Positions 27,416-36,149 of a DNA stretch of 40,000 nt are shown piece after piece. Under the pieces are notes generated by a model, which was given only the letters and a program-made list of their open reading frames with translations, made no database searches and had not been told where the DNA came from. Each line of letters starts with the position of its first letter. The stretch's first letter is position 1. This DNA comes from an uncultured Lachnospiraceae bacterium (GTDB lineage: Bacteria > Bacillota > Clostridia > Eubacteriales > Anaerofustaceae): NCBI GenBank assembly GCA_964618075.1, contig CAZTZO010000007.1, positions 1-40,000 of the forward strand, written 5' to 3'. Both the position numbers and the translations under genes were made by a program.

Positions 27416-28414
27416 ATGAAAAAAACTAAATACTTATTTGCAGCTGCTCTTTTAGTGGTATCTGTAGTTATGTCCTTTAATGCGGTCTTTGCCGCTTCTA
27501 CCCTTGAAGCGCCTTCGAATGTTTACGTTGCCGACTACGCAAACGTGCTTGACGCGGATTGCGAGAATTACATTCTTTCCATGGGAGGAGAGCTTGACAA
27601 TAAAACGGGTGCGCAGGTCGTTGTCGTAACAATAAACTTTCTTGAGGGAAAGGACATTGAAGACTATTGTCTTGCCATATTCAACGAATGGGGCATAGGA
27701 GCAAAGGATAAAAATAACGGCGTACTGCTGCTTCTTGCCATAGGCGATGAAAACTACTACTGCATGACAGGCTCAGGGCTTGAAACGACTCTTTCATCAG
27801 GTACTCTTAAAAATATGCTCAATACATATTTAGAGGACGATTTCGCAAAGGGCGATTATTCCGCAGGAACAAAGAAAGTATATGGAGCGCTTATCAAGAA
27901 CCTTGCTTCTCACTACAACGTGTCGGTAACCGGCACCTCTCAGGCGACTACGCCCACGACTACGACGCCTTCTTTTGGCGGCGGCAGCTCAAGTAAGGCA
28001 ACCGATAACTCCACGGGAAACCGTTCATCAAGCACCGGTATATTCTGGCTGATACTTATTGTCGTCGTTGTTATTATAATCATCAGCTCTAACAGAGCAT
28101 CAAGAAGACACAGAAGAATATACGGCGGAGGCGTTCCGTTTATAGGCGCACCAAGAAGAAGAAACTATAACGATCATGACCACGATGATAGAGACCATAA
28201 CGACCACAATGACGGAGGCTGGTTCGGCGGTGGCGGTGGTGGCAGCTCAAGTGGCGGCGGCTTCGGTGGAGGCGGCTCTCGCGGCGGCGGCGCAGGACGC
28301 TCCGGTGGCGGCGGCGGTGGCTTTAGTTCAGGCGGCGGCTTCGGTGGAGGCTTCGGCGGAGGCGGAGGTTTTGGCGGAGGCGGCTCACGCGGAGGCGGCG
28401 CAGGACGCGGCTGA
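27416..28414 (+). CDS. TPM domain-containing protein (YgcG-like) with TM anchor and His/Asp-rich plus Gly-rich tail
   Basis: After a signal/anchor sequence, the TPM pattern is VADYANVLD...LDNKTGAQVVVVTI..EDYCLAIFNEWGIG..NNGVLLLLAIGD. A TM segment (IFWLILIVVVVIIIIS) follows, then HDHDDRDHNDHND and a GGGFGGGGSRGGGAGR repeat tail. Confidence 0.8.
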   Translation: MKKTKYLFAAALLVVSVVMSFNAVFAASTLEAPSNVYVADYANVLDADCENYILSMGGELDNKTGAQVVVVTINFLEGKDIEDYCLAIFNEWGIGAKDKNNGVLLLLAIGDENYYCMTGSGLETTLSSGTLKNMLNTYLEDDFAKGDYSAGTKKVYGALIKNLASHYNVSVTGTSQATTPTTTTPSFGGGSSSKATDNSTGNRSSSTGIFWLILIVVVVIIIISSNRASRRHRRIYGGGVPFIGAPRRRNYNDHDHDDRDHNDHNDGGWFGGGGGGSSSGGGFGGGGSRGGGAGRSGGGGGGFSSGGGFGGGFGGGGGFGGGGSRGGGAGRG

Positions 28415-28433
28415 TACAAAAACAATAAAAAAT

Positions 28434-28500
28434 AAAGAGTGCGGTAAAAATGATTAACCCGTTTGTTATGGGATTAAGATATACTGCGCTCTTTTTATTT
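28434..28500. terminator. Candidate long-stem terminator between the TPM gene and pdp
   Basis: AAAGAGTGCGGT (28434-28445) pairs with ACTGCGCTCTTT (28483-28494), including two G-U wobbles, and is followed by TTTTTATTT. An inner hairpin lies in the loop. Confidence 0.35.
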
Positions 28501-28534
28501 ACTTTTTTTTTAATCGTTATGATAAATAATATAT

Positions 28535-29827
28535 TTACATTACAACGTCCAATATCAGCTTTTTCTTTTCGGGCTTCTCAGTAGAAAAATCGAAAGCTTT
28601 TTTTATGCACATTGCTCCTTCATTTAAAAGTGTCTCGCTTGAAGAATATAAAGTAGCTGTTTTTTCACCCTTTTCAACTCTGTTGCCTACCTTTTTATTT
28701 AACACGATACCGGCTCCATAGTCTTCTTTAAGCGTAGGATCATTAAGCATATGAAAAACCAAGCCTATCAAAGCGCAGTCGATTTTGTTTACATAGCCGT
28801 TTATATCGGAGTATATTTCCTTTGAAAATTTGCTTTGAGGTAAACGCGACGTATCCTCTATCATTTCACGTTTACCGCCCTGCGCCTCTATAAAGTCGGC
28901 AAATTTTTTATACGCCTTACCGCTGTCAATCGAATCGTTTAATATTGCGTCCGCCTTCTCTTTATTTACAACAAGCCCCGAAATATTAAGCAGTGCGCGT
29001 CCGAGAGATACACACAGCTCTCTTACAAGAGTATCTTTCCCACCCTTTAGTATTTCAACGGCTTCTTTAACCTCCAAAGCGTTACCAACGGCATAACCGA
29101 GAGGCTCGTCCATATTTGTTATAAGTGCGCAGACATTTATCTTTGCTTCTTTGCCTATTTTCACCATAACCTCGGCAAGCTTTTTAGCTTCGTTTAATTC
29201 TGAGACAAAAGCACCGGTGCCGCACTTGACGTCAAGCACGAGATTGTGCGCACCAGAAGCCAGCTTTTTACTCATTATTGAAGAAGCGATAAGGGGTATG
29301 CTGTCTACTGTGTTCGTTAAATCTCTTAGAGCGTACAGCTTCTTATCGGCAGGAACAAAATTTTCTGTCTGAGACATTATGCTTATGCCGTTTTCTTTTA
29401 CAAGGCGCTTGAATTCGTCTGTCGAAATATCCGTTTTAAAGCCGCTGATACTCTCAAGCTTGTCTATAGTCCCGCCGGTATATCCGAGACTCCTTCCCGA
29501 CATTTTTGCCACCTTCAAGCCGCAGCACGCAAGCATCGGAGCAAGTATCAGGCTTGTTTTGTCCCCCACTCCGCCCGTAGAATGCTTGTCTGCGCTTATA
29601 TTCTTTATATCCGACATATCAAGTCTTTTGCCCGATTCCAGCATACTATACGTCAGGTTCGCCGTTTCTGCGAGCGTCAGATTTTTAAAATATATTGCCA
29701 TTAAAAGTGCGCTGGCCTGACAGGCGGGTATTTCACCGCTTACAAAACCGCGCACAAAATAACTCAGCTCTTCTTTTGAAAGAGCCTGTCCTTCTTTTTT
29801 CTTTTGAATGATATCATACATTTGCAT
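28535..29827 (-). CDS. pdp: Pyrimidine-nucleoside (thymidine) phosphorylase
   Basis: Signature DKHSTGGVGDKTSL is present, with a glycosyltransferase family-3 type fold pattern. The start is set at MQMYDII (29827). Confidence 0.9.
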   Translation of the reverse strand: MQMYDIIQKKKEGQALSKEELSYFVRGFVSGEIPACQASALLMAIYFKNLTLAETANLTYSMLESGKRLDMSDIKNISADKHSTGGVGDKTSLILAPMLACCGLKVAKMSGRSLGYTGGTIDKLESISGFKTDISTDEFKRLVKENGISIMSQTENFVPADKKLYALRDLTNTVDSIPLIASSIMSKKLASGAHNLVLDVKCGTGAFVSELNEAKKLAEVMVKIGKEAKINVCALITNMDEPLGYAVGNALEVKEAVEILKGGKDTLVRELCVSLGRALLNISGLVVNKEKADAILNDSIDSGKAYKKFADFIEAQGGKREMIEDTSRLPQSKFSKEIYSDINGYVNKIDCALIGLVFHMLNDPTLKEDYGAGIVLNKKVGNRVEKGEKTATLYSSSETLLNEGAMCIKKAFDFSTEKPEKKKLILDVVM

Positions 29828-29894
29828 AAGCTTTTTTCCCTTTATATTATAAGCTAAAATATATGATATCACATTTTCTAATATTTTTTAATAT

Positions 29895-30728
29895 TTACTT
29901 ACCTTCAAAGCCGACAAGTATCCCGCCTCTTTCGGCATAGTAGCTGCAAAGGCCTCTCATCGGGTAGAGTTTGATAATACTGTCCGGGTGATATTTAAGT
30001 ATGGTATTTTTAAGCAGATTCGCCCCGTTTTCATTCTCAACATGGCCTATATATGCTTTTTTGCCATTAAATCCTCGAAGTATCATTTCCTTTACCAAAG
30101 CAATGATAGTTTTGTTTTCGCCCTTATACTTTGAGAGCAATTCAAGCATACCCTCGTCGCTGGCTTTGCCTATTATGCGTATGCCCAGCGTACCCGCTGC
30201 CATTGCGACAAGCTTATTGACGCGCCCGTTTTGTATGAAGTTATGGTAAGAGCACAGAGCAAAGAGCAAATGTGTATGCTTAATGTATTCGGTTATATTT
30301 TCGCAAATATCTTCATATTCATTGCCCTGATCAATCATCTGAGCAAGCTTGTCTATAATCATTGCCATTTCAGGCCCTGCTGAAAGCGTATCTATAACGA
30401 ATACCCTTGCGTTCGCATGTGTATTTTCGTATTCGCGCGCCGCTGCATTCGCCGTATTATAGCTTCCGGAAAGTCCGCTTGTAATAGTTACAGCAAATAT
30501 ACGATCAGCTCCTTCAAATGCGGCTTGCCAGTCATCCGTATTCGGACACGAGGTATATGAGCGTCCCTTGTAAACGCTCAGCTCGTCAAGCATAATGGAA
30601 ATGTCTGCTTCTTCGGTGTCTATATACTCTTTTTCAGCCGTAAATACCTTCATCGGTACTTTTTTGAGTTCTGCGCCTTCCGTGAAGGATATATCGCAGC
30701 TTGAATCCGATACTATTCTATACTTCAT
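29895..30728 (-). CDS. DegV family fatty-acid-binding protein
   Basis: The N-terminus is MKYRIVSDSSCDI and the central region is TITSGLSGSYN. The gene is divergent from a DUF1836 gene, a common pairing. An AAGGAG RBS is present. Confidence 0.85.
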   Translation of the reverse strand: MKYRIVSDSSCDISFTEGAELKKVPMKVFTAEKEYIDTEEADISIMLDELSVYKGRSYTSCPNTDDWQAAFEGADRIFAVTITSGLSGSYNTANAAAREYENTHANARVFVIDTLSAGPEMAMIIDKLAQMIDQGNEYEDICENITEYIKHTHLLFALCSYHNFIQNGRVNKLVAMAAGTLGIRIIGKASDEGMLELLSKYKGENKTIIALVKEMILRGFNGKKAYIGHVENENGANLLKNTILKYHPDSIIKLYPMRGLCSYYAERGGILVGFEGK

Positions 30729-30891
30729 TTTATACTCCTTGAAATAGGATATCCGATTAAAGGGTATCAATAAACCGATAATCGGCTAAATTATAACACC
30801 ATGTTTCAATAAAGCAACGCTTTTGAAAAACTTTTAATCCAATCTTCATAACTCAATTGACGATTTATAAAAACCGATATATAATAACAAC

Positions 30892-31422
30892 ATGAAAAAA
30901 GAACTTCAGGAAAAAATAGCAACAGGTATCAAGGACTTTCAATTACCCTCCTACGACAAGCTTCCCGACGTGGGACTTTATCTTGAGCAGACGGTAAAGC
31001 TCATTAATTCTTATTTATCGGCATTCGATTCCATGCAACTGACTACATCCATGGTCAGCAATTATGTAAAGAAAAAAATGATAGACACCCCGATAAAAAA
31101 ACAGTATTACCAGCAGCATATATCAAGACTTATATTTATTGCGATGATGAAATCCGTGCTTTCTTTAGATGATATCGGCAAGCTTATCACATTACAAAAA
31201 GAATGCTACGAAACGTCTATTGCTTATGATTATCTGTGTGATGAATTCAAAAACGTGCTTTTATTTACCTTCGGGCTGAGCGACAACGTAAAAAAACTCG
31301 GCAAAACTGATACGGACGCAAAGGATCTGTTTACAACGGCAATAACGACTGTCGCAAACAAAATATACCTTGACGCATACATAAGATCCTTTCGAGAAGA
31401 AAGAATGAAAGAAGAAGAGTAA
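30892..31422 (+). CDS. DUF1836 domain-containing protein
   Basis: LPSYDKLPDVGLYLEQTVKLIN...LTTSMVSNYVKKKMIDTPIKKQYYQQHISRLIFIAMMKSVLSLDDI matches my recollection of the DUF1836 pattern (LYmdQv...lTxsMiNNYvK...KKxYsxxHl). Confidence 0.7.
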   Translation: MKKELQEKIATGIKDFQLPSYDKLPDVGLYLEQTVKLINSYLSAFDSMQLTTSMVSNYVKKKMIDTPIKKQYYQQHISRLIFIAMMKSVLSLDDIGKLITLQKECYETSIAYDYLCDEFKNVLLFTFGLSDNVKKLGKTDTDAKDLFTTAITTVANKIYLDAYIRSFREERMKEEE

Positions 31423-31433
31423 TAGTATTTACT

Positions 31434-31937
31434 CTACTTAGTTTTGTCAAGCTGCTTTTGTGCCAGCTCGACGTAAAGAGATGCGGTTTGCAAAGTAGAG
31501 AGCGTCTCTTCATTTGTCAACTGCCTTATTGTTTTTGCAGGATTGGAATACGATAAAGTATTCTTCTTAAAAATTTTACCCTTCGTGACCAAAGAGCCTG
31601 CGCCGAGGATACAGCCGTCTTCTATAATTGCATCGTTAAGCACAACAGCACCTGTACCTATAAGACATCCGTCGCCTATTGTACAGCCGTTTAAAACGAC
31701 ATTGTGACCGATAACGCAGTTTTTCCCGACTTTGACGTTGCCGTGTATTACGCAGTTATCCTCGATAGCGGTGCCCTCTCCTATATATACCGGTCCTACG
31801 TCAGCTCTGATAACCGCGTTATACCAGATGTTGGCGTCTTTTTCTATTACAACGTCTCCTATTATGCAGCTGTTAAACGCGCAGTATGCTCCGCTCTTTA
31901 CTATCGGTTTTTTATCCTCAAAATCTTTTATATACAT
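31434..31937 (-). CDS. Gamma-class carbonic anhydrase family / hexapeptide-repeat protein (YrdA/PaaY-like)
   Basis: The left-handed beta-helix hexapeptide pattern runs throughout. IIGDVVIEKDANIWYNAVIRADVGPVYIGEGTAIEDNCVIHG matches the gamma-CA family consensus. Confidence 0.8.
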   Translation of the reverse strand: MYIKDFEDKKPIVKSGAYCAFNSCIIGDVVIEKDANIWYNAVIRADVGPVYIGEGTAIEDNCVIHGNVKVGKNCVIGHNVVLNGCTIGDGCLIGTGAVVLNDAIIEDGCILGAGSLVTKGKIFKKNTLSYSNPAKTIRQLTNEETLSTLQTASLYVELAQKQLDKTK

Positions 31938-31956
31938 TTGTTTTCCTCTTTTGCCG

Positions 31957-33873
31957 CTATTGTATCATAATACCTTCTGTATTCATAAATCTGATAAAAT
32001 CATCGCCCTTCATCGGCATAGCGTAAAAATAGCCCTGTATATTATCCGCCTTACTTTGAATAACAAAATCCGCTTCACTGTCGTTTTCCACTCCCTCAAC
32101 GACTGTGCCCATTCCAAGCTGAGTGAACATACTGACGGTTTTTTCGAAAATTATCCTGTTCTGCGGATTCATCATAGCGGCAGTAAGCATACTTTTATCG
32201 AGCTTTATTGTGGAAAAAGGCAGGCTCATAAGAATAGAGATATTCGAATACCCCGTTCCGTAGTCGTCCAGAACAAACTTAAAGCCGTATTTGCTGAGAT
32301 GCTCTATGTTAGTATGCAGCGAGTCAAATTCGCTCACAGCGGTCGATTCGGTTATCTCAAAGAGTATGTACGAAGGGTCGACCCCATTATCACTGACAGT
32401 CTGCATAACCCTTTCGGAAAGCTCGTTATTTATAAACTCCGCAGGCGATAAATTCAGCTCGAAATGCTTTATGCCAAGCTTGCCGGCAGGATCGTAGGTT
32501 TTGATAAATTCGCAGACTTTTTTTAAGACTATCGAATCTATTTCGGCTACAACACCCTGTTTTTCCGCTATCGGAATAAATTCAGACGGAGCGATACTTC
32601 CGACATTGTCGGGAGAAAAGCGCACCAGTGCTTCCACGGACGAAAACGACTTCGATTTAATGGAATATATTGGCTGATAATACACCTCGAAGCTTTCGGT
32701 TGCTATAGCCTTCATAAGCTCCGTTTCCACCATATTGCGCCTCTTCATATCGCGCATCATATCCACGCTGATAATGCTTGCCGTTCCGCGTTTTGCTTCG
32801 GAAATGACAGTTTCTATCATATTACAGGCGTCGTTTGCATTTTTTATATCGTTGGTATTTTCTATTGCGCATATAGTCGTATACGGCTTTATTTCCACTC
32901 CCTGTACAACGCATGTTTCAAGAAGCGACTTTCTTATTTTGTTATATGCTTCCAAGCCGTCGTCCTCGTCTATTGTTATCAGGACAAAGACATTTCCGAG
33001 AAATCTAAACACCCACCCTTCATTGGAAACGGAATTGATCTGCTCTGAGAGCTTCGCAAGCAATTCGTCGCCGAAGGACATCCCGAAGATACGGTTTATT
33101 CTCCTTAAGTTATGCAGCTCGACAGTCGTCATTTTGTATACCTTTGAGCTCTCGGACAAATCGGATATGAGCATAAACATCGCCTCTCGGTTAAAGACGT
33201 TTGTCATGCTGTCAAGCATATCCTCGGGTTTTTGCATAATGAGATACATCATCGTTATTGCAATAGCCATTCCTGCACTCGTTAAAAGAAGATATGGCAT
33301 CATATATTGCAAACCAACAGCAATAACAATTATTATCAGCGCGCTCAGCATAGTATTAAACTGCTTGTTTGTTAGATTTTTTTTATAATTGAAAAGCGTG
33401 ATAAACGAAAGCACAATATAAAAAACAAGTACGATATAACATAAGACAAAAGGTGCGCAGTGTATGTAATCACCTGCTGAGTTTACATAAAACATGACAT
33501 GCGTGAAGGGATTAATAAGAAACAACAATATCACGACTAAGGCAGGGAACAAGAATACAGCGACTGATTTAATATTTTTAGCAAGCTTTTTTGCGTTTAT
33601 TATAACGTATATGTATATGAGGGCGGAAAATCCCACTTGCAGAAGATAAAACGTAGTGTTTACAGTATAAACGAACCACTCGGCTAGCAGAGCGCAGTTT
33701 TCATATATAATTGAGCTTGCGATATCAAGCAATACGTCGATTACGGAACAAATCAATATTATCGAAAAGGCTTTGTTTCGTCTGTCGGGGAACTGTCTTT
33801 TTGAAAAATACATTATAACGATGATGATAAGAAACACCGCTGACATGATGGCATAGTCGTATATATACTTCAT
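31957..33873 (-). CDS. Membrane sensor protein with degenerate GGDEF domain and intact EAL domain (probable c-di-GMP phosphodiesterase)
   Basis: About 7 N-terminal TM helices. The GGDEF position reads RFLGNVFVL (LGNVF). EAL motifs are intact: YYQPIY...VEALVRF, ELNLSP, FEITES, VLDDYGTGYSN, KLDKSM, EGVEN and QGYFY. Confidence 0.85.
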   Translation of the reverse strand: MKYIYDYAIMSAVFLIIIVIMYFSKRQFPDRRNKAFSIILICSVIDVLLDIASSIIYENCALLAEWFVYTVNTTFYLLQVGFSALIYIYVIINAKKLAKNIKSVAVFLFPALVVILLFLINPFTHVMFYVNSAGDYIHCAPFVLCYIVLVFYIVLSFITLFNYKKNLTNKQFNTMLSALIIIVIAVGLQYMMPYLLLTSAGMAIAITMMYLIMQKPEDMLDSMTNVFNREAMFMLISDLSESSKVYKMTTVELHNLRRINRIFGMSFGDELLAKLSEQINSVSNEGWVFRFLGNVFVLITIDEDDGLEAYNKIRKSLLETCVVQGVEIKPYTTICAIENTNDIKNANDACNMIETVISEAKRGTASIISVDMMRDMKRRNMVETELMKAIATESFEVYYQPIYSIKSKSFSSVEALVRFSPDNVGSIAPSEFIPIAEKQGVVAEIDSIVLKKVCEFIKTYDPAGKLGIKHFELNLSPAEFINNELSERVMQTVSDNGVDPSYILFEITESTAVSEFDSLHTNIEHLSKYGFKFVLDDYGTGYSNISILMSLPFSTIKLDKSMLTAAMMNPQNRIIFEKTVSMFTQLGMGTVVEGVENDSEADFVIQSKADNIQGYFYAMPMKGDDFIRFMNTEGIMIQ

Positions 33874-33974
33874 TTATGTTCTCTCCTTAGCTGCTTATAT
33901 ACGGATGCGACTTTTATAACATATTAATCATACAATATTTTCTATGATAATGCAAATCCAAAAATATGTGCCTA

Positions 33975-34025
33975 TAACAAAAAAGCAAGTTTTTTTGATT
34001 TCAGTCAAAATTCTTGCTTTTGTTT
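33975..34025 (-). terminator. Rho-independent terminator downstream of argD
   Basis: Stem AAAGCAAG (33982-33989) pairs with CTTGCTTT (34013-34020). On the minus-strand transcript it is followed by TTTTTTGTT. The loop contains a GACTGAAAT repeat copy. Confidence 0.5.
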
Positions 34026-34074
34026 TTGCTTATATTCTATTTCGTGACTGAAATGTGACTGAATATAGTATATT

Positions 34075-35259
34075 TCAGTCGCATACAAGTATTCCCTCGA
34101 GTATCTTCACAGCTTTATCTATATCCTGCCTTGACACTATAAGAGGAGGAAGAAGTCTTAGCTTTGTTTTGGCAGTCAGGCATAAAAGTCCTTGTTCCAT
34201 TGCCGCCTTTAATACGTCTTTTGCATTTATACCGTCCTCAAAACAAATACCGAGCATTAGCCCCATTCCGTCAACGCTTTTTACCTTTGGCAGCGAAGTA
34301 AGCTTTTTCTTAAGATATAAACCGTTTTCTTCTATTTGTGAGAGCATTTTCTCATCTAAACGCGAAAGCACAACATTTGCTCCCGCACATACAACGGGAT
34401 TGCCCCCAAATGTGCTTCCGTGATCTCCCGGCTGAAACACGTCCTTTGTTTTTTCGTTGAACAAAACGGCTCCTATCGGCAAGCCGCCGCCCAAGCCCTT
34501 TGCAAGCGTAACGATATCTGCTTTAACGGAATAATGCTCTAAAGCAAGCAGCTTGCCGGTACGACCTATACCTGTCTGAACCTCGTCTGAAATCATTATC
34601 AAATCGTTTTCATCACAAAGCGCGCGTACGCCCTTGACGAAATCCTCATCAAGAGGGATAACACCGCCTTCTCCTTGAACAGGCTCGATTATTATTGCGC
34701 AGGTTCGTTTATTAATTGTTTTTTTAAGCTGTTCAATGTCGTTTGCATCAGAATATACTATCCCCGGCGCCAAAGGCCCGAAGTTGTTGTGGAACACCTC
34801 CTGCCCGTTTACGGTAAGCGTAAAAACGGTACGTCCATGAAAGCTGTTGTTCAGACTGATAATTTCATAGCGAGCGCTTTCTTCAGAATATTTGTCCAAA
34901 GAATATTTTCTTGCCGCCTTGAGTGCGCCCTCGTTGGCTTCTGCTCCGCTGTTTGCAAAGAAAACGCTCTTGTAGCCTGTTCTGTTGCAGAGAGTCTCGG
35001 CTAATTTTGCGTCAGGCTGAATGAAAAAAAGATTGCTGGTATGCTGAAGCGTTTTTGCCTGAGTGGACACCGCCTCGACCCACTCATTATCGCAGTAGCC
35101 CAAGCTGTTTACGCCTATTCCACTCGTAAAATCCAGATATTCTTTCTTATTACTGTCATATGCGTACATACCCTTGCCGCGTACAAGCTCAAGCTCATTG
35201 CGTGCATAGGAATGCACTATGTATTTATCATAAAGTGATATCGTATTATCCTTTTCCAT
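34075..35259 (-). CDS. argD: Acetylornithine aminotransferase
   Basis: Class-III aminotransferase pattern: SGAEANEGALKAARKY, DEVQTGIGRTGK and the PLP lysine context TLAKGLGGGLPIGA. It is the last gene of argCJBD. Confidence 0.92.
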   Translation of the reverse strand: MEKDNTISLYDKYIVHSYARNELELVRGKGMYAYDSNKKEYLDFTSGIGVNSLGYCDNEWVEAVSTQAKTLQHTSNLFFIQPDAKLAETLCNRTGYKSVFFANSGAEANEGALKAARKYSLDKYSEESARYEIISLNNSFHGRTVFTLTVNGQEVFHNNFGPLAPGIVYSDANDIEQLKKTINKRTCAIIIEPVQGEGGVIPLDEDFVKGVRALCDENDLIMISDEVQTGIGRTGKLLALEHYSVKADIVTLAKGLGGGLPIGAVLFNEKTKDVFQPGDHGSTFGGNPVVCAGANVVLSRLDEKMLSQIEENGLYLKKKLTSLPKVKSVDGMGLMLGICFEDGINAKDVLKAAMEQGLLCLTAKTKLRLLPPLIVSRQDIDKAVKILEGILVCD

Positions 35260-36133
35260 TCATCTGCCTCCTGAGTTTTTTATAAAAGAGTGTTCCGCAG
35301 CCTTTATCGGAAAATATTTCCATAAACAGTGAATGCGGTTTTCTTCCGTCTATTATCACAGCCTCTGCAACTCCCGCTTCGACGCATTCCACACATCCCT
35401 TTATTTTTGGTATCATACCGCCCTGTATAACGCCGCTTTTTATAAAATTATCGACCTGAGCTATTTCGACCTCGTCGATGAGTGTGGATTCATCGTCCTT
35501 ATCAGACAATAGCCCCGCAACGTCCGTCATGCTGATTATCTTTTCAGCTCCCAGCGCTATGGCTATTTTGCACGCTGCCGTATCTGCGTTTATGTTGTAA
35601 GCGATACCCGATTTGTCCATGCCGACTGTCGCTATTACCGGGATAAAGCTGTTTTCCAAAAGGTATTTGATAAGCTTGACGTTGACACTTACTATCTCGC
35701 CCACATGACCGAGATCCGTCTCGGTTTTCTTTTTTTCGCAAAGGAGCATTTCGCCGTCCATGCCGCACAGCCCAACACCATAGCCCTCAAGCATAGCGAC
35801 AAGATTTTTATTGACCTTGCCTGCCAATACCTGCTGGACTGCCTCCATTGTCTCATCGTCTGTCTTTCGTAAGCCTCCGACGAACTCCGGCTCCTTGCCC
35901 ATAAGCTCAAGCTGTTTATTTATATCCGGCCCTCCGCCATGTACAAGCACGACCTTTATGCCTATCATATTTAAAGTGATAAGATCCTTCATGACGGCGC
36001 GTTTTAATTCGTCGCTTACCATAGCGTTTCCGCCGTATTTAACGACCATGACCTTGGAGCGGTACTTCTCTATATATGGCTGTGCTTCACTTAAGAGCCC
36101 CACGAACATATCGGTATTTCGGTTTGTTTCCAT
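35246..36133 (-). CDS. argB: Acetylglutamate kinase
   Basis: Contains VVKYGGNAM, VLVHGGGP and INADTAA. Overlaps argD by 14 nt. Confidence 0.95.
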   Translation of the reverse strand: METNRNTDMFVGLLSEAQPYIEKYRSKVMVVKYGGNAMVSDELKRAVMKDLITLNMIGIKVVLVHGGGPDINKQLELMGKEPEFVGGLRKTDDETMEAVQQVLAGKVNKNLVAMLEGYGVGLCGMDGEMLLCEKKKTETDLGHVGEIVSVNVKLIKYLLENSFIPVIATVGMDKSGIAYNINADTAACKIAIALGAEKIISMTDVAGLLSDKDDESTLIDEVEIAQVDNFIKSGVIQGGMIPKIKGCVECVEAGVAEAVIIDGRKPHSLFMEIFSDKGCGTLFYKKLRRQMNGKG

Positions 36134-36149
36134 TAGTTACCTTCCTTGC

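Noticed and set aside
28174-28457. Proline-rich 83-aa minus-strand ORF and Ala-rich 93-aa plus-strand ORF
   Set aside because: Both are alternative-frame readings of the GGC/GGN-repeat DNA that encodes the Gly-rich tail of the TPM protein. The TPM frame is continuous with a recognisable domain upstream.
31732-33388. 239-aa and 217-aa plus-strand ORFs spanning the gamma-CA and GGDEF-EAL genes
   Set aside because: They are antisense to two genes with clear family motifs. The 239-aa ORF even crosses the intergenic gap between them. No RBS is present and the composition is hydrophobic and low-complexity.
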